A stretch of 63,549 nucleotides of DNA, the filler included, from Octopus bimaculoides (lineage: Eukaryota): assembly GCF_001194135.2 (NCBI RefSeq). It is 8 parts of 8 records of this genome, joined end to end, with 100 filler letters (N's around TTAATTAATTAA, not from the genome) between each part and the next. Parts side by side here need not be neighbours in the genome. Positions count along the whole stretch, not along the records: positions 62,479 to 63,549 come from NW_026329655.1; 7 more parts are not named here. One strand, 5' to 3'. The notes beneath the pieces were generated by a model, which saw only the letters and a list, made by a program, of their open reading frames with translations, made no database searches and was not told the origin of the DNA. Within the stretch, counting starts at the first letter, position 1. Each line of letters opens with the position of its first letter. Below are positions 62,479-63,549 of the stretch, one piece after another. The position numbers were made by a program, and so were the translations under genes.

Positions 62479-63502
62479 GTTGGTTGATAACATTTACCAA
62501 AACAGTTGCTATGGAACTGAGAGGAGGGTTGCCTCCATCTCTGGCCTCTATAAACAATTCATAGGTTTTCTTTTTTCCTAAATTTGAATATTTACTCACG
62601 AAAATTTCCCCACTTGTTTTATTTAATTGAAAATAGCTTTTTGCTAGATCTGATGTCTTTGGACTGAAATGGAAAGTAATTTTACCATTTTCATCAGAAT
62701 CAGCATCACTTACAGACAAAACAATGATGGGTTTAGATTTGTGATGTGTACTTTGTATAGATACATTATAGAGAGGTTTAGAAAACTCTGGTGGGTTGTC
62801 ATTTACATCTATTACAGAAATATTTATATTTAAAACACCTTGTTTTGCTGGTGAACCTCCATCTTTAGCTATGACTTGTAATAAATATGTGTCTTTGATT
62901 TCTCTGTCTAATGATTCTTTCAAAACTATTTTTAGAGAAGAAATACCATCAGCTCTTTTAGACACTGACAGAGAGAATGGTTCTCCATTCTTTGATTTTA
63001 ATTTATATTGCATTAATGAATTTTGAAATCCTACATCTTTGTCTATGGCATTTGGTATTGATCTTTTTGCACCTTTACCAATGTCTTCATAAAACTCTAT
63101 GTTGATATTCTTCATAGGAAAGTTCGGTTCATGGTCATTAATGTCTTCTATTACTATTTTGATTTTTAATATTTTTGAAACACTTGTTCCTTTATTGACA
63201 ACAACTTTCATAGTTCTGGAACATTCTTTGTTGAATGTACAGAGATCTTCTGCATCCAGTGTCTGAGCAGTGTACAGTTTACCTGTTTTGGTGATATTAA
63301 ATAACTGTGCCACCTTTCGTTTGAATTGACTGAATGTTATCAAATGTTGGTCAGATGGTTTAACATTGTCTAAAAGTTTAGAATCAGCAGCAATGTCTGC
63401 TACATATGTTCCTGGACTTCTCTCTTCTTCCACATGGTAGGTAAGGTCTATGGTGAGGACACAGTGGACCACTGATAACACGATAGATAATGACAGTAAC
63501 AT
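62479..63502 (-). CDS. Pcdh: Protocadherin, 5' partial: signal peptide, EC1, EC2, EC3 (341 codons), truncated by an assembly gap
   Basis: Hydrophobic leader MLLSLSIVLSVVHCVLT. EC1 has YHVEEE, LDAE, the C-x5-C motif (LCTFNKEC) and DINDHEP. EC2 has FYED, DKD, LDRE, AKDGG and DVNDNPPEF. EC3 has DADSDENG and ARDGGNPPLSS. The ectodomain is intronless, as in clustered-type protocadherins. Confidence 0.97.
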
Positions 63503-63549
63503 TATTGTAGAATGATGGATACTTAAAAGCGTTTGAATATGTTGATAGG

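Overview
AT-rich, microsatellite- and gap-rich animal genomic scaffold. It is most likely from a coleoid cephalopod (octopus-like); this is an inference from the protocadherin type and repeat style, not a database match. Only two protein-coding pieces are credible, both on the minus strand. One is the 5' part of a protocadherin (62479-63502: signal peptide and EC1-EC3, cut by an assembly gap). The other is an unidentified Ser/Asp/Glu-rich terminal exon (3179-3672). The rest is dozens of tRNA-derived SINE copies (my working labels SINE-A, -C, -D, -E and LINE tail-B), decayed LINE fragments (RTE-like, CR1/Jockey-like, R4/Dong-like), three Tc1/mariner fossils, simple repeats and N gaps. Seven 100-bp gaps carry an artificial TTAATTAATTAA linker, so contig order and orientation across them is unverified. 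The most striking unexplained signal is a dispersed set of hammerhead-ribozyme-like motifs (CUGANGA-stem II-GAAAC-palindromic stem III-NUH-stem I) in at least four unrelated small repeat contexts. These include a near-intact extended type I hammerhead (9689-9769), a hammerhead in the tail of a tRNA-headed SINE (28147-28192), a related pair with a compensatory base-pair swap (39717-39752 and 52884-52919), and two fold-back elements with hammerhead cores on opposite strands (45145-45295 and 58055-58296). All folds and alignments were done by eye; SINE boundaries are approximate (about +/-20 bp).
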